A model generated the notes under the pieces. It worked only from the letters and a program-made list of their open reading frames with translations. It ran no database searches and was not told where the DNA came from. A stretch of DNA of 34,179 bases. Origin: Craspedostauros australis. Its lineage: Eukaryota. This document shows positions 31,404 to 34,179 of the stretch, piece after piece. The stretch spans positions 124,001 to 158,179 of the forward strand of contig JALAGF010001848.1 of assembly GCA_030167865.1 (NCBI GenBank). Direction: 5' to 3'. Position 1 is the first letter of the stretch, and every line of letters begins with the position of its first letter. The position numbers and the translations under genes are program-made.

Positions 31404-33831
31404 ATGTCTCGCAGCAACACCCACACCGACAGCGGCAACATCGAAGCCGAGATCGTGGATGGCATGGAATCAGGCATCAACAACAAGAGCGCGAAGGCCT
31501 CCTCTGTGGGAACCATCGACTCTGACGAAAGCTCCGGATCAGCCCTCGTGTTCGACAACATCAACTTCACCGTGGGTTCGGGCGACAACGAGAAGAAGAT
31601 CCTCCACAACATCTCCGGTAAGGTCAAGGAGGGCCATGTCTTGGCCATTTTGGGACCATCCGGTGCGGGCAAGACCACCCTCATTTCCGTCTTGACCATG
31701 GATGCTCACCATGGCACAGCAAATGGCGAAATCAGCTTGAACGGCATGACCATGACGGGCAAGGCCTTCAAGAAGCACTGCTTCGTTGTCAAGCAGCAGG
31801 ACATGCACTGGCCGTACCTCACCACTCGCGAAACCTTGAAGTACGCCGCTGGTCTGTACCATGTGGCAGACACGTCGCATGGGGTCGATACGGCTGTCGA
31901 TGAGGTGTTGAACAAGATGGGATTGGTGATCTGCGCTGATACCAGATGCTCCAGCCTCTCCGGTGGGCAAAAGCGCCGCTTGAGCATCGCCGTGGCATTG
32001 CTGAAGCAGCCAAAGGTATTGTTCTTGGATGAGGTAAGTGCACATATTTGTATAGTGCACAGCGCACACGCCCGCACGCACACGGTTCATGACATACCAT
32101 GCACATCGCACATGTTCGCACAAACGCTCTGTCGGGATTGTCGAAGAATCCCAGAGCATGCACGATCCAATGTGCACCCTCAATCGAATCAAATCAATTC
32201 AAACTCGAACCCATCTGGCAGGTTTGCTCACCCTTTCTTCCTCTCTCTCTCTCTCTCTATTTCTTGATGTGCACGCATGTTCCTGGTCTGTATCCAACAC
32301 TTGCCTACTCTCTGTACTTTTACCATACTCTATGTGGCTTCCTTGTGACCATGACAGCCAACATCCGGCCTTGACGCAGCATCCGCATCCAGCGTGATGG
32401 AAGAGATCGGCCGTGTTGCCAAGGACGAGCATCTGATCATCATTTGCACCATCCACCAGCCGTCCACCAAGGTGTACAACTCCTTCGACCAAGTCATGAT
32501 CCTCACCCGCGGCATGGAGGCCTTCTCCGGAAACACCGAGGATGCCTTGGCATTCTTCGACTCGATCGGGTATCCGCTGCCGGCCAACACCAACCCGGCA
32601 GAGCATTACCTCGACTTGGTGAACAGCGACTTCACCAGCGAAACACAGGTCAACGAGATCTTGATGCATTGGTACAGGATGAAGCCAGCTATCGCCGGGA
32701 TCAACGGCAACGCCACCATGAAGCACAAATCCAGCATCGACATGGAGGGCAGCTACGTCAACGCGCCCATCCTCAGTCAGATGTCGATCATGTTCCATCG
32801 CCATCGGACGTTGATCATCCGCGACCCCATCTTGTACCTCGGTCGCGCCGTTCTCATCGCCGTCGCGACCTTGGTCTTCGCGTTTGTGTACTGGGAGGCC
32901 AGAAACCACACACTGGACAACGCGTACTCCAAGTTCTGGATCCAGATGTGGATCCTCAGTGTCCCAGCGCAAAGTAAGTCGATGTGCCATTCCACGTTGC
33001 TGGGATATTCAGCTTTTTGCCATCGGCCTGCTCTATCTGCTTCTGGCCATTCGAGCGTGCGTGCGATGCCTTGCTACTCCATGGCACTTGTGCTCTCTTG
33101 AATTGCAATATCAAATCTCACCGGTCCTCCTCTGTTTTTTATCATCGTTTCCGTTCCCAATTCGGCACCTTCGGATCGACGCATCGCATCGCATGAGAAC
33201 AGTGGCTGTCGTGGCTGTCTACGCGTTGTTCGACGAGTTCCACTCAATCCAGCGCGAAGTCCAGAACGGAATGATCCAACCATGGTCCTACATTCTGGCC
33301 AAGTTTGTCCTCGTCATCCCGGTGCTCTTCATGTTCACCATGATTGCCCTGCTCATTCCGAGCTTCGTCATCCAGGACGTCCCGTGGGAGTCTTTCGGCG
33401 AATGCGTTGCCATCTACATGGCGACCATGTTCGTCTTCGAGTCCGTCGCCGAAGTTCTGTCTGTCGCCTTCAGCAACGTCATCGTCGGCATGCTGGCCTT
33501 CATCTGCTTTTGGTTCGATTCCTTCCTGTTCGGAGGCTTCCTGATCGGCGAGGAGGATCTGTACTGGCCATTGAAGCTGTTCTACTACATCTTCCCATTC
33601 ACCTACTTCCAGCCAAGCACCGTGTACGTTACATTCCAGGACACCGACTGGGAGGATACCACAGCATCTGAGGCTCTTGCCGTCCTGCACGGCGCCTTCC
33701 CCGTGGTCAAGAACTCTGACCGTGTCTGGGAGCATGTTGGCACCCTCATCGGCATCGGCATGATCTATAAGCTCATGTACGTCGGGTTGGTTGTCATCAG
33801 AACCCGCAGCGTTTCCAAGATCGAGAAGTAA
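31404..33831 (+). CDS. ABCG: Half-size ABCG (White-like) ABC transporter, 624 aa; exons 31404-32033, 32358-32973, 33203-33831
   Basis: Walker A GPSGAGKTT, signature LSGGQKRR, and a Walker B/D-loop split by intron 1 (VLFLDE|PTSGLD). CTIHQP and NPAEHYLD follow, then a multi-TM domain. The NBD-TMD order is that of ABCG, and all junctions are GT-AG and in frame. Confidence 0.95.
32241..32258 (+). repeat. (CT)9 microsatellite in ABCG intron 1
   Basis: Read directly. Similar short CT/GA tracts lie at about 5686-5700, 8443-8455, 16896-16911 and 30185-30200. Confidence 0.9.
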
Positions 33832-34179
33832 GCGCGGGAACGGTGCGGTTCTCTCGCACCTCCAAGCTTGTCACCGTACTCGCGCTCGTAGGTATGCGTA
33901 CGAGTACGCCCAAGCGGAGAGGCCAATCGCAATCGCAATTCACACGGCCCCTTTCCAACCGAAGCGCGACGACTGTCGCCTTCATCTTGCATGTTCCGTT
34001 GACGATGACAGACCCAGTGAGGGTTTGGTGAGGCAATCGGCTACTCGTGTGATGGCAGATCATTGAGCAGACCCAAGCCAACCCAACAATCCCCCTCAAT
34101 ACTACACATATTATTCTATGTATTAAAACAAAATGTGATACAACACCCATAGTATAATATAACAGCTCATACGATGGTA

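Noticed and set aside
33511..33522. GGTTCGATTCC B-box/T-loop match
   Set aside because: It lies within ABCG exon 3 (FWFDS) and has no surrounding cloverleaf.
1..34179. CRISPR array, prokaryotic operon or defence system, rRNA, spliceosomal snRNA
   Set aside because: No repeat-spacer structure or conserved RNA signature was seen, and all recognisable genes are eukaryotic.

Overview
Gene-dense eukaryotic nuclear DNA with GT-AG spliceosomal introns. It is most likely from a diatom or related stramenopile; this is an inference from the eIF4E and Q-rich protein signatures, and the species cannot be determined here. Ten protein-coding genes can be reconstructed. In order: a partial nuclear cap-binding CBP80/NCBP1 gene (minus strand, runs off the left edge, absent from the ORF track), a myotubularin phosphatase (2 exons), an eIF4E-family protein (2 exons, the first a 31-nt coding exon), 60S ribosomal protein L9 (2 exons), a mitochondrial phosphate carrier (2 exons), a Q-rich protein with a compact basic C-terminal domain, a SWIB-domain BAF60/SMARCD homologue, a 1368-aa PH/coiled-coil/PDZ-like protein, proteasome subunit RPN2 (3 exons) and a half-size ABCG transporter (3 exons). 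I found no rRNA, canonical tRNA, CRISPR array or recognisable mobile element, and no clear new multi-gene system. The best leads are an eIF4E lacking the cap-binding Glu (WSD instead of WED), a myotubularin with HCSHGWDRT, an exact 24-nt duplication inside RPL9, a strongly over-represented non-coding octamer TACTCGYA, and a degenerate tRNA-like cloverleaf in the long intergenic region.
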